Of a DNA stretch of 64,000 nucleotides, positions 40,784 through 50,866 are shown piece after piece. This stretch comes from Polyangia bacterium (GTDB lineage: Bacteria > Myxococcota_A > Polyangia > JAAYKL01), in assembly GCA_050287845.1 (NCBI GenBank), contig JBNKCR010000017.1, positions 32,001 through 96,000 of the forward strand, read 5' to 3'. Below the pieces are notes generated by a model, which was not told where the DNA came from, made no database searches, and saw only the letters and a program-made list of their open reading frames with translations. The position numbers were made by a program, and so were the translations under genes. Position 1 is the first letter of the stretch; every line of letters begins with the position of its first letter.

Positions 40784-41611
40784 ATGATGAACGTTTTCTT
40801 TAATATTCTGCAGATTTCACTTCCTGTCCTGTATGGGGTGAGCGCACTGTGTTATCTGTGTTATTTCTTCAGAAAAAATTCCTCTCAACGAAACATCGGA
40901 ACAAGCGTGCTGGTGACCGCCGCGGTGGCGCATATGGTGTATACCGTTGTGCTGGGCGGAACCACGGGACGTCATCCCATGGGTACGATATATGAGTTTC
41001 TGTCGTTTGTGGCCATGACCATGGGATTCATTTATCTGTTTCTCGAAATCTGGCACAGGAATGCCTACATCGGTACGTTCACGGTGCCGGCGATTTTTTT
41101 ACTGCAGTTCTGCTCCACTCTGGGAATTGAACCGTCGGTGACGCTCAAGCCCCTGTTGCACGAAACCCGGTTTGCATTGCATGCCACCACCTTTGCCGCG
41201 GCATACGCGTCTTTTTTTCTGGGAGTGATTTTTGCCCTGATGGTGCTGTTGTTTGAGCGTTCCATTCGCCGGCATCGATTCGGCATCATCTTCGAACAGT
41301 TGCCGTCCCTGGATGTGCTGGCCAGGATGACGGCGACCACACTGGTGATCGGATTTGTTTTTATGAGTATCGGGTTGAGTCTGGGTGCGTGGAACGCCCT
41401 GGAAACCAGCGCCGAGGTGGGGGTGGATGTGAAGGTGCTGCTCACGCTGCTGGTGTGGCTGCTCTATGGCGCGGCCATTGTGACGCGATTTGTTTTCCAC
41501 TGGTCTGACAAATCCCTGGCGATTTTCTGCATGTCGGGTTTTCTGCTGCTGATCGCCACCACTGTGTACACCCACGTGAGCGACGCTGGCTGGCACCATT
41601 TTGTGGGATAG
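40784..41611 (+). CDS. ccsA: Cytochrome c assembly protein (CcsA/HemX-like)
   Basis: About 8 TM helices, LPSLDVL, DVKV..WLLY, terminal HHF, directly upstream of hemA. Confidence 0.8.
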   Translation: MMNVFFNILQISLPVLYGVSALCYLCYFFRKNSSQRNIGTSVLVTAAVAHMVYTVVLGGTTGRHPMGTIYEFLSFVAMTMGFIYLFLEIWHRNAYIGTFTVPAIFLLQFCSTLGIEPSVTLKPLLHETRFALHATTFAAAYASFFLGVIFALMVLLFERSIRRHRFGIIFEQLPSLDVLARMTATTLVIGFVFMSIGLSLGAWNALETSAEVGVDVKVLLTLLVWLLYGAAIVTRFVFHWSDKSLAIFCMSGFLLLIATTVYTHVSDAGWHHFVG

Positions 41612-41613
41612 AT

Positions 41614-42915
41614 ATGACTGAACGCACCGCAGACCGAATTCCGTTTGTTATTGGCAGCAGTTTTCACACCGCACCCCTGGACGTGCTGGAAAAGCTGTCC
41701 ATCGGGAAAGACGACCTCCAGTCGGTGGTGAAGGAAATTGCCGGCTGGATTCACACGACGGACCTGGTGGTTCTTTCCACATGCAACCGAACTGAAATTA
41801 TCGGGACCACCACGGATGTGGCGGCGACCCAGACCCAGGTGGCCACCTATTTCAATACCGTCTCGGAAAATGTCACCATTTTGCCGGAATACCTGTATTG
41901 TCTCACGGAACGGGATGCGATCGATCATGTGTTCCGGGTGATCAGCGGGTTGGAATCAATGATGATTGGCGAAACAGAAATTGTGGGACAGATGCAGTTT
42001 TCCTTCGGGGTGGCCCAGTGTGAGGGCCTGGCCAGCAACTATTTTGTGCAGCTGTTTGATGCCGCGTTTCGCACGGGCAAGCGGGTCCGGACGGAAACCG
42101 GGATTGACCGGGGTACCACCTCGGTGGCCAAAGCCGGGGTGCATATGGCCCGGCGGGTTGTGGGAGACCTGTCCAGACGGCATGTGCTGATGATTGGCGC
42201 TGGTGAGACCGGCACGTTGACTTGCACCTATCTGAATGAAGAACGGGCCGCCATCCGGGTGGCGAATCGAACCCATGACCGGGCAGTGCGTCTGGCCGCA
42301 ACGGTGGGGGGACAGGTGGTGCCGTTTGACCAGCTGGAAGCCGCCATCGCGGGGGTGGATGTGGTGTTTCTGGCCACCGGCTCGAAAACGCCGCTGCTTA
42401 CCGTGGAACTCATCACCCGGGTGCAGAAAAAGCGACACGGTGAACTCCTGGTGGTGGTGGATATATCGCTGCCCCACAACGCAACTCCGGAGATTGCCGA
42501 TGTGGGTAATGTGTTTCTGTTCAATATGAATGATCTGCAGGAGATGGTGGCCAAATCTCTCTCGAAACGGGCCGGCGAGAAAAAACAGGCCGAACGGATT
42601 ATCGCTGCGGAAGTGGATGCATTCTTTACGCGGCAGAAAACCCTTGAGGTGGGCCCATTGATAGCAAAATTGCGCGCGTCATATGAATATTTGAGTGAAC
42701 TGGAGCTGGCCCGATATGACAATCGGCTGAGCGATGCGGAAAAGCGGCTGCTACGTCAGTTTGCCGGTGGACTGGTGAAGAAACTGCTTCATCTGCCCAC
42801 CATGGGGGTGCGGGAGCTGGCAATGGATGACGATGCAACCGGGGAGCGGGTGAAATGGTTTGAAAAGTTGTTTGGACTGGATGAACCCTTTGAAAACAGA
42901 ACGAGGAAAAAGTGA
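41614..42915 (+). CDS. hemA: Glutamyl-tRNA reductase
   Basis: LSTCNRTE, GLESMMIGETEIVGQ, IGAGE, DISLP. Confidence 0.95.
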   Translation: MTERTADRIPFVIGSSFHTAPLDVLEKLSIGKDDLQSVVKEIAGWIHTTDLVVLSTCNRTEIIGTTTDVAATQTQVATYFNTVSENVTILPEYLYCLTERDAIDHVFRVISGLESMMIGETEIVGQMQFSFGVAQCEGLASNYFVQLFDAAFRTGKRVRTETGIDRGTTSVAKAGVHMARRVVGDLSRRHVLMIGAGETGTLTCTYLNEERAAIRVANRTHDRAVRLAATVGGQVVPFDQLEAAIAGVDVVFLATGSKTPLLTVELITRVQKKRHGELLVVVDISLPHNATPEIADVGNVFLFNMNDLQEMVAKSLSKRAGEKKQAERIIAAEVDAFFTRQKTLEVGPLIAKLRASYEYLSELELARYDNRLSDAEKRLLRQFAGGLVKKLLHLPTMGVRELAMDDDATGERVKWFEKLFGLDEPFENRTRKK

Positions 42916-43862
42916 CTGGTATACGATTGGGAACCCGAAAAAGCCGTCTGGCCATGTGGCAGACCGAGCATGTGGCATCGCTGCTGAAACAGGCGAATCC
43001 AGCCGTTGATGTGCGCGTTGTCCCCATTGTGACCCTGGGCGACCGGGTGACGGACAGGCCCCTGTATGAACTGGGGGGAACGGCGGTGTTCACTAAGGAA
43101 ATTGAGGCCGCGCTGCTGAATGACGAATGTGATATTGCGGTGCACAGCCTCAAGGATTTGGCGACGGTGATGCCCGAGGGATTGCAGCTGGCCGCGTATC
43201 TGCCCCGGGAGGACCCCAGGGATGTGTTCATTTCAAAAGATGGTCTGTCGTTGGCAAGTCTTCCCGAAGGCGGGGTGATAGGGACCTCCAGTCTGCGGCG
43301 GGTGGCCATGATTCGGCATTTCCGACCGGACCTGGAAGTGGTGTCGCTGCGCGGCAATGTGCCCACCCGACTCGGCGCAGCGGGAAAAGAGGTTCCCGAT
43401 GCGAAGCCGTATTCCGGTCCGTCCCTGGATGGCACCATCATGGCCGCTGCCGGGCTGAAGCGACTGGGATTTAACGCTCATATTCAGGATTATCTGCCCG
43501 CCACCCTGTTCATGCCGGCGCCGGGACAGGGGATCATTGCCCTGCAGACCCGTTGTGACGATGAAAAGACCAGCGCCCTTGTTGAGCCATTGAATTGCGC
43601 CCGCACCCGGATGGCGGCAGTGGCCGAGCGCACCTTTCTCAATATGGTCGAAGGTGGCTGTCGCCTGCCGATTGGGGCGTTCTCCATGCTGACGGAGACA
43701 ACGGTGGACCTTTCCGGCGTTATTCTGTCCCTGGACGGAAAAACGAAAATTGCCGGTGCGGTGGAAGGAAAAGACCCCGTTGCGCTGGGACAGCAGCTGG
43801 CGGTAAAACTGCTGGATGCCGGTGGCCGGGAGATTCTCAATGAGATAAAAAAGAATCCATGA
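42912..43862 (+). CDS. hemC: Hydroxymethylbilane synthase
   Basis: GTRKSRLAMWQ, VHSLKD, GTSSLRR, RGNVPTR, EGGC. Confidence 0.96.
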   Translation: MTGIRLGTRKSRLAMWQTEHVASLLKQANPAVDVRVVPIVTLGDRVTDRPLYELGGTAVFTKEIEAALLNDECDIAVHSLKDLATVMPEGLQLAAYLPREDPRDVFISKDGLSLASLPEGGVIGTSSLRRVAMIRHFRPDLEVVSLRGNVPTRLGAAGKEVPDAKPYSGPSLDGTIMAAAGLKRLGFNAHIQDYLPATLFMPAPGQGIIALQTRCDDEKTSALVEPLNCARTRMAAVAERTFLNMVEGGCRLPIGAFSMLTETTVDLSGVILSLDGKTKIAGAVEGKDPVALGQQLAVKLLDAGGREILNEIKKNP

Positions 43863-43950
43863 AAGCCAGAGACGCGAAGATTGAAAAGTTTTCACAGATG
43901 ATCCCGGACGGAGCGATTCGCCGGGTGAGGATGGCACTCAAGAAAGAAGG

Positions 43951-44715
43951 GTGACGATGACTTTAACCGGAAAGCATATTCTGCTGGGCAGACATCAGAG
44001 CGACGAGAGTCCCCTGGAAGACCGACTTTTTCACGCGGGCGCGCGGGTGACGTGTGTTCCGCTCATTGAAATTGAGCCCCTTGCCGCCATTGACCTCGCC
44101 GGGGTGAACCTGAGTCCGGATGTGGTGGTCATTACCAGTAAGAACAGCGTGGCGGGTTACCTGCAGATTCGGCCACAACTGGGACCCCATCTGCTGGCCA
44201 CTGTGGGCCGGCGCACCGGCACTGCATGCGAGAAGCGTGGGGTGGCGCCCGACATCATCGGTTCGGGAAGGGGTGCTCTGGCGCTGCTGGAGACCCTGGC
44301 ATCCACCTGTGGCGTTTCTGGAAAACACATTCTTTACCCCTGTTCCAATCTGGTGACTGACGAATTTGCAGCGCGGGCCACCGCCCTCGGGGCAACGGTG
44401 GAGATGCTCACGGTGTATCGCACGGCAACACCGGCTGCCCTTTCGGCGGAATCCCTCGATCCCGCTGACGCGGTGGTGTTTTACAGCAGCAGCGGCGCAC
44501 GGCATTTTCATGAGGTCCGATCGTTTTCCAGCATGACAGATACGGCCGCCGTGGCCATGGGAGAACAGACGGCGAATACATTGCGCGAATTGGGTGCGTC
44601 AAAGGTGACAGTGGCCCGGAGACCGGATATCGATGCGCTGTTCGACGCGGTGGTGGAAAGCGTGAATGCCAAAGCCCGGGCCCCCCAACACGAAGATTGC
44701 GAGAAAGATACATGA
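43951..44715 (+). CDS. hemD: Uroporphyrinogen-III synthase
   Basis: PLIEI, TSKNSV, VYRT, YSSSG, and position between hemC and hemB. Confidence 0.85.
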   Translation: MTMTLTGKHILLGRHQSDESPLEDRLFHAGARVTCVPLIEIEPLAAIDLAGVNLSPDVVVITSKNSVAGYLQIRPQLGPHLLATVGRRTGTACEKRGVAPDIIGSGRGALALLETLASTCGVSGKHILYPCSNLVTDEFAARATALGATVEMLTVYRTATPAALSAESLDPADAVVFYSSSGARHFHEVRSFSSMTDTAAVAMGEQTANTLRELGASKVTVARRPDIDALFDAVVESVNAKARAPQHEDCEKDT

Positions 44716-45695
44716 CATATCCGATAGTACGAATGAGAAGAATCCGACGGACACCGCAGATTCGAGAGCTGGTTCGGGAAACGGAGATTTCACTGAACAA
44801 GCTGGTGTATCCCCTGTTTGTGGTGGAAGGGGAGAAGATACAGACGCCCATCGCCGCCATGCCGGGCTGTTTTCATTTTTCCATTGATCGGCTGGTGGTG
44901 GAATGTGAAGCGCTGTGGAAAATGGGCATCCGTCATGTGATACTGTTCGGTATTCCCGCCACCAGGGATGAGGTGGGGTCGAGTGGGTACGACGAAAACG
45001 GGATTGTGGCCAGAGCCATTGCCGCCATCAAAGCCGCGGTGCCGCAGATGTGTGTGTGGGCCGATGTCTGCCTGTGTGAATACACCAGTCATGGACATTG
45101 CGGGGTGGTGGAGAATCATCAGGTGAAAAACGATGCAACACTGCCTCTGCTGGCCCGGGCGGCCCGGGTGTATGCAGCGGCCGGCGCCGATATTATTGCC
45201 CCATCGGACATGATGGACGGCCGGGTGGATGCCATTCGCGCCGAGCTGGATGCCAGCGGTTTTGAGGATGTGGCCATCTGTGCGTACAGCGCCAAGTATG
45301 CCTCCGGATTTTATGGGCCGTTTCGGGAGGCCGCCTGCAGCGCGCCGGGGTTCGGAGACAGGAGCGGTTATCAGATGGACCCGGCCAACAGTGACGAAGC
45401 GCTTCGGGAAGTGGAACTCGATATTGACGAAGGCGCTGACATGGTGATGGTGAAACCGGCCCTTTCATACCTGGATATTGTCCGTCGGGTGAAAGAGCAG
45501 TTTCTGGTGCCGGTGGTCGCGTACAATGTGTCGGGAGAATACTCGATGATTAAGGCGGCCGCCGAAAAAGGATGGATTGATCACGACCGACTGGTGATGG
45601 AGACTCTGCTCTCCATGCGCAGGGCCGGTGCAGATATTATTATTACCTATTTTGCGAAAGATGTGGCGCGGATTCTTGGTTCGCCGTCACGGTGA
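44712..45695 (+). CDS. hemB: Porphobilinogen synthase
   Basis: [40 protein letters not shown]. Confidence 0.97.
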   Translation: MTYPIVRMRRIRRTPQIRELVRETEISLNKLVYPLFVVEGEKIQTPIAAMPGCFHFSIDRLVVECEALWKMGIRHVILFGIPATRDEVGSSGYDENGIVARAIAAIKAAVPQMCVWADVCLCEYTSHGHCGVVENHQVKNDATLPLLARAARVYAAAGADIIAPSDMMDGRVDAIRAELDASGFEDVAICAYSAKYASGFYGPFREAACSAPGFGDRSGYQMDPANSDEALREVELDIDEGADMVMVKPALSYLDIVRRVKEQFLVPVVAYNVSGEYSMIKAAAEKGWIDHDRLVMETLLSMRRAGADIIITYFAKDVARILGSPSR

Positions 45696-45702
45696 GGTGG
45701 TT

Positions 45703-47004
45703 ATGACAGAATGGAAAGCGGGACAGAAGAGTCGGGCGCTTTTTGATGCGGCCAGACAGATTATCCCCGGCGGTGTGAATTCACCGGTCCGGGCGTTCAA
45801 ATCCGTGGGGCTGACGCCCTTTCTGGTGGCCCGGGCCGACGGTCCGTTTGTTTACGATGTGGATGAGAATCAATACATCGATTTCATGGGTTCCTGGGGC
45901 CCGCTGATTCTGGGGCACAATAATGAAGGGATTCGGGCAGCACTGGTGGATGCGGCGAGTCGGGGGATTTCGTTTGGTGCATCTCATGAGGCGGAGCTTC
46001 ACATGGCGGAACTCATTCATGAAATGATGCCCCAGGTGGAAATGGTGCGGCTGGTGAATTCGGGAACAGAAGCCACCATGAGCGCGGTCCGTCTGGCCCG
46101 GGGGGCCACGGGCCGGGAAAAAATCGTCAAATTTGACGGATGTTATCACGGGCATGCTGATGGGTTTCTGATTAACGCCGGATCCGGTGCGGCCACGCTG
46201 GGAGTGCCCAGTTCACCGGGGGTGCCCAAGGGCGCGGCAAAGGATACCCTCACGGCCATCTACAATGATCTGGCATCGGTGCAGGCCCTGTTCGATGCCA
46301 ATCCGGGACAGATTGCCGCGGTGATTGTGGAGCCGGTGGCGGGGAATATGGGCTGCGTGCTGCCCGCAGAGGGATTTCTGGCTGGCCTGCGGAAAATGTG
46401 CACGGATGCCGGTGCGCTGCTGATTTTTGACGAAGTGATTACCGGTTTTCGCGTGGCCCGGGGGGGCGCCCGGGAACGGTTCGGCGTGGAAGCGGACTTA
46501 ACCACCCTGGGTAAGGTGATTGGGGGCGGGATGCCGGTAGGAGCGTTCGGCGGAAAAAAAGAACTGATGCGGCAGATGGCACCGGAAGGACCGGTGTATC
46601 AGGCGGGTACCCTGGCGGGAAATCCGCTGGCCACTGCGTGCGGTATTGCCGCGCTCTCGCAACTCAACGAACCGGGGGTGTATGATACCCTGGAGCGTAT
46701 CGGTCAACAGATGGAATCCATCCTGAAAGAAACTGCAGCAGCGTCCCATCAATCCATTGTTGTGAACCGGGTGGGCAGCATGATGGGATTCTATTTCACC
46801 GACGAACCGGTACGGAATTTCACTGACGTCTGCAAAACCAGGATCAATAAGTTCAATCCATTTTTCAGCGCGTTGCTGACCAACGGGGTTTCGGTTGCAC
46901 CGTCGGGATATGAGGCATTGTTTGTGAGTATGGCCCATAGCGATGAAGTGCTGGCCCGGGTTCGCAACGCGTTTGATGTGGCATTTCAAAGCCTGAAAGG
47001 ATAA
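45703..47004 (+). CDS. hemL: Glutamate-1-semialdehyde 2,1-aminomutase
   Basis: PGGVNSPVRAF, NSGTEATM, FDEVITGFR, GKVIGGGMP. Confidence 0.97.
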   Translation: MTEWKAGQKSRALFDAARQIIPGGVNSPVRAFKSVGLTPFLVARADGPFVYDVDENQYIDFMGSWGPLILGHNNEGIRAALVDAASRGISFGASHEAELHMAELIHEMMPQVEMVRLVNSGTEATMSAVRLARGATGREKIVKFDGCYHGHADGFLINAGSGAATLGVPSSPGVPKGAAKDTLTAIYNDLASVQALFDANPGQIAAVIVEPVAGNMGCVLPAEGFLAGLRKMCTDAGALLIFDEVITGFRVARGGARERFGVEADLTTLGKVIGGGMPVGAFGGKKELMRQMAPEGPVYQAGTLAGNPLATACGIAALSQLNEPGVYDTLERIGQQMESILKETAAASHQSIVVNRVGSMMGFYFTDEPVRNFTDVCKTRINKFNPFFSALLTNGVSVAPSGYEALFVSMAHSDEVLARVRNAFDVAFQSLKG

Positions 47005-47006
47005 TT

Positions 47007-48038
47007 ATGGCTGACCCGAAAAACGATCTGTTTCTGAAGGCATGCCTGGGTCAGGAAGTGACGCGCACGCCGGTGTGGATGATGCGGCAGGCTGGCCGAT
47101 ACATGGCGGAATATCGAAAAGTCCGGGAGGACCACGATTTCTGGGAAGTATGCCGCACGCCGGATTTGGCCTGTGAAGTGACCATGCAGCCCATTGATCG
47201 CCTGAAACCCGATGCGGCCATTCTTTTTTCTGATATTCTGGTGGTGCTGCCGCCTCTGGGATTGGACGTGGTGTTTAACCCGGGACCCATGCTCGATGCG
47301 CCCATCCGGAAAGAATCCGATGTGCGGGCACTCAAAAAATTTGATGTGCAGGAAGAGTTGGGATTTGTATTTGACGCGCTGCGACAGATAAAGGTATCCC
47401 TCAACGGCCGGGCCAATCTGATTGGGTTCGGGGGGGCGCCCCTCACCCTGGCCGCCTACATGGTGGAAGGGGGGAAAAGCCGGAATTTTGAACACCTGAA
47501 ACGTTTCTTTTATCAGGAAGAGGCGGTGGCCCATCAGCTGCTGGATTTGCTGGTGGAGGTGCAGAGCGATTTTCTGACCGCGCAAATTGATGCAGGGGCA
47601 GAAGCGGTTCAGATTTTCGATACCTGGGGCGGCAGTATGCCCAGGGATATCATTGAACGGTTCGTGATTCCCAAGGTGGCGCGTCTGGTTGAAAATGTGA
47701 AGCGTCCGGGGGTGCCGGTGATTTATTTCATGAAAGATGCCGCCCATGTTCTGGACCTGTTGGGGGCCACCGGCGCGGATGTGTTGTCCATTGACGACAA
47801 AATCACCCTTGATGTGGCTGCCAGAGGCATCGGGCCGGGGCCCGCGCTGCAGGGTAATCTGGATTCGGCAGTGCTGTTCTGCGATAAAAATGTGATTTCA
47901 CAGCAGGTACAGAAAGTGTTGGACGCCATGCCTGCCGGCAGAGGACACGTATTCAATCTGGGTCATGGGATTTTGCCGGAAACGCCGGTGGAAAATGCGG
48001 CTTTCATGATTGAAGAAGTCAAACGGCTAAGCGTATGA
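47007..48038 (+). CDS. hemE: Uroporphyrinogen decarboxylase
   Basis: PVWMMRQAGRY, FSDIL, QIFDTW, QGNLD, NLGHGI. Confidence 0.96.
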   Translation: MADPKNDLFLKACLGQEVTRTPVWMMRQAGRYMAEYRKVREDHDFWEVCRTPDLACEVTMQPIDRLKPDAAILFSDILVVLPPLGLDVVFNPGPMLDAPIRKESDVRALKKFDVQEELGFVFDALRQIKVSLNGRANLIGFGGAPLTLAAYMVEGGKSRNFEHLKRFFYQEEAVAHQLLDLLVEVQSDFLTAQIDAGAEAVQIFDTWGGSMPRDIIERFVIPKVARLVENVKRPGVPVIYFMKDAAHVLDLLGATGADVLSIDDKITLDVAARGIGPGPALQGNLDSAVLFCDKNVISQQVQKVLDAMPAGRGHVFNLGHGILPETPVENAAFMIEEVKRLSV

Positions 48039-49441
48039 CCGACACCACGGATTTCATCACGCCGGCGCTGCTGGCCAGATATGACAAGCCTGGACCGCGA
48101 TACACGTCGTATCCCACGGCGCTGGAGTTTCACGATGGTGTGGGTGATGCGGATTACAGCCAACGGCTTTCCCTGCTGGCCGAGGAGCGGTTGCCCCTGA
48201 GTATGTATGTACATATTCCCTTTTGCAGAAGCCGATGTCATTTTTGTGGATGCCATACATCGCTGTGTCGCGAAGCCGGTGACATTGAAGCGTATGTGTC
48301 CCACCTGTGCGCGGAAGTGGATTTGCTGGCGTCACGGCTGGGTGGCGCCCCCATGCCGCTGGTGGCCCTGCATCTGGGGGGGGGCACGCCCACCTATCTG
48401 AGCGATACGCTGATGGGTCGGATCATTGAAAAAATCAATGACGCTTTTGATGTGGATAAAAATGCTGAAGTTTCCATTGAAGTGAATCCGGCCGTCAGCA
48501 GCAGACAGCAGATTGCATTTATGCGCACCCTTGGGTTCAATCGCATCAGCGTCGGGGTACAGGACTTCAGTCCGACCGTGCTTCAGGCCATTGGTCGTCA
48601 TCAGACCCGGGCAGAGACACTGGATATTGTGGATGCCGCCCGGAACGCCGGGTTTTCTTCGGTGAATTTTGACCTGATTTACGGGTTGCCATATCAGACG
48701 GAGGCATCGTTCAACCAGACCCTGGAAGAAGTGCTGGCGGTGCGGCCGGATCGGGTGGCGCTGTATTCATTTGCGTATATTCCCTGGATTCGGGAAAATC
48801 AGAGTCGCATCGACGAAACGGCATTGCCCGGTCGGGACGACAAGTTCGCCTTTTTTGCCAATGCCCTGAAGCGGTTTACCCGGGAAGGATATTTACAGAT
48901 TGGGATGGATCACTTTGCCCTTGCCGAAGATGAGCTGGGCAAGGCCACGCAGAATGGTACACTGTTTCGCAATTTCATGGGATACACGGTGACAAGAAGT
49001 CGCGATACCCTTGGGGTAGGGGTGTCCAGCATTGGCTATGTGAAAGGCGCGTTCTTTCAGAATGAAAAGGAGAACGATCACTACTATGGCCTTGTGAACA
49101 ACGGACAGCTCCCCATCATGAAAGGGTTGGTGCTTTCAGGTGACGATTTGATTCGGGCAAATCTGATTACCGAACTCATGTGTAATTTCAGAGTGAATAT
49201 TGCAGATTTCGAACAACGCTGGCAAATCCATTTTGCAACCTATTTTGCCGAAGAACTGGCCCAGCTTGCGGCCCAGCGGGAAGCCGAACTGAAAGGGTCG
49301 GAGCTGTCATTTACCACAATGGGCGATGCGTTGCAGCTTACGGCCGTGGGGCGATTGTTTGTGCGGAATGTCTGTATGGTGTTTGACACGTATCTGAAGA
49401 ACAAGTCTGAAAACAGACCTCTTTTTTCGAGGACAGTATAA
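48035..49441 (+). CDS. hemN: Oxygen-independent coproporphyrinogen III oxidase
   Basis: GPRYTSYP, YVHIPFCxxxCxxCGC, GGGTPT, IGMDHFA, RNFMGY, FSRTV. Confidence 0.95.
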   Translation: MTDTTDFITPALLARYDKPGPRYTSYPTALEFHDGVGDADYSQRLSLLAEERLPLSMYVHIPFCRSRCHFCGCHTSLCREAGDIEAYVSHLCAEVDLLASRLGGAPMPLVALHLGGGTPTYLSDTLMGRIIEKINDAFDVDKNAEVSIEVNPAVSSRQQIAFMRTLGFNRISVGVQDFSPTVLQAIGRHQTRAETLDIVDAARNAGFSSVNFDLIYGLPYQTEASFNQTLEEVLAVRPDRVALYSFAYIPWIRENQSRIDETALPGRDDKFAFFANALKRFTREGYLQIGMDHFALAEDELGKATQNGTLFRNFMGYTVTRSRDTLGVGVSSIGYVKGAFFQNEKENDHYYGLVNNGQLPIMKGLVLSGDDLIRANLITELMCNFRVNIADFEQRWQIHFATYFAEELAQLAAQREAELKGSELSFTTMGDALQLTAVGRLFVRNVCMVFDTYLKNKSENRPLFSRTV

Positions 49442-50817
49442 TGAAACAAACAGCAATTGTGGGCGGCGGTGTTTCGGGGCTGGCTATCGCATATGCATTG
49501 CAGCAGGCGGGGATGACCCCGGATGACATGGTCGTGCTGGAAAAAAGAAGCGTATCCGGGGGAAATGTGCAGACCGAAGTGATCGATGGATACACCATTG
49601 AAAAAGGTCCCAACGGATTTCTTGACGACGCGCCGGCAACCCTGAAACTCATTGATGATCTGGAAATTGAAAGCGTGCTGCCCAGCAATCAGAATGCGGC
49701 CAGACGGTTTATCTGGCGGGCGGGAAAACTCCGGGAAATCAAACCGAACCCTGTGGCGTTTTTTGCCAGTGGGGTGTTGCCGTTGCCCGGCGCCTTGCGG
49801 GTGGCGCTGGAGCCATTTCAGAAAAAGGGAAATATCGATGACGAGTCGGTGTACGATTTCGCCGCGCGGCGAATCGGCAGAAGTGCGGCAGAATATTTAG
49901 TGGCCGCCATGGTACAGGGGGTGTTTGCGGGGGACGCAAAACAGATAGAACTGAAAAGCGCATTTCCCAAAATGTACGCCATGGAACAGCGTCACGGTTC
50001 GCTGATCAAAGCGATGATAGCCAAATCCCGAATGAAAAAACAGCAAAGGAGGGGAGGGGGACCGGCCGGACCCGGAGGAAAGCTGACCTCCTTTGATGGG
50101 GGGATGCAAACGCTCCCCGACACTCTGACAGCAAAGATACAGCCTTCGCTGCAGTTGAATTGCGGTGTGTCGAGTATCGAGAAAAAAAGCGGTGTTTTTA
50201 TTCTCACCCTTGAAAGCGGCGAAAAGGTGGAAGCAAAAACGGTGGTGTGTGCCAGTCCCGCGTGGGCTGCATCAAAGCAGTTACACCCCTTGCATGTGGA
50301 ATTATCGACGGAGCTGTCTTATATTCAGTATCCGGCGGTAGCCGTGGTGGCCACCGGATTTGACCGGAAGTCGTTGCCGGAGACACCGGATGGATTTGGT
50401 TTTCTGGTGCCCAGGGGGCAGGGGGTGCGTGCACTGGGATGTCTGTGGACATCCTCAGTGTGGCGGCACCGCGCGCCGGACGGAAAGGTTCTCCTTCGCA
50501 CCATGGTGGGTGGATCGGTGGATTCGGACGCGGCAACGCTCAGCGACGATGAACTGATTGCAACTGTTCTCAATGATTTGAAAACCACCATGCACATTAC
50601 GGATACCCCGGAACTGGTGAAGGTATATCGACATCCCGAATCCATCGCCCAATATACCTGTGGGCACAGCGCCCGGGTCCAGCGAATTGAAAATTACTTC
50701 ACCCGGATTGACGGATTATATCTGAGCGGCAGTTCCTACGGCGGCATCAGTGTGAATCATTGCATTGAGGAAGCGCCGGGGGTGGCCAGAGCAGTTCTCC
50801 AGTTCCTTGAAAAATAG
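49441..50817 (+). CDS. hemG: Protoporphyrinogen oxidase (HemY-type flavoprotein)
   Basis: GGGVSGL, EKGPNGF, GVFAGD, GFGFLVP, GISVNHCI. Confidence 0.9.
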   Translation: MKQTAIVGGGVSGLAIAYALQQAGMTPDDMVVLEKRSVSGGNVQTEVIDGYTIEKGPNGFLDDAPATLKLIDDLEIESVLPSNQNAARRFIWRAGKLREIKPNPVAFFASGVLPLPGALRVALEPFQKKGNIDDESVYDFAARRIGRSAAEYLVAAMVQGVFAGDAKQIELKSAFPKMYAMEQRHGSLIKAMIAKSRMKKQQRRGGGPAGPGGKLTSFDGGMQTLPDTLTAKIQPSLQLNCGVSSIEKKSGVFILTLESGEKVEAKTVVCASPAWAASKQLHPLHVELSTELSYIQYPAVAVVATGFDRKSLPETPDGFGFLVPRGQGVRALGCLWTSSVWRHRAPDGKVLLRTMVGGSVDSDAATLSDDELIATVLNDLKTTMHITDTPELVKVYRHPESIAQYTCGHSARVQRIENYFTRIDGLYLSGSSYGGISVNHCIEEAPGVARAVLQFLEK

Positions 50818-50866
50818 CCTGCGAAATACAGGGAAGCAACAGAGGTGGAATGGCAGTCATCCGGTG

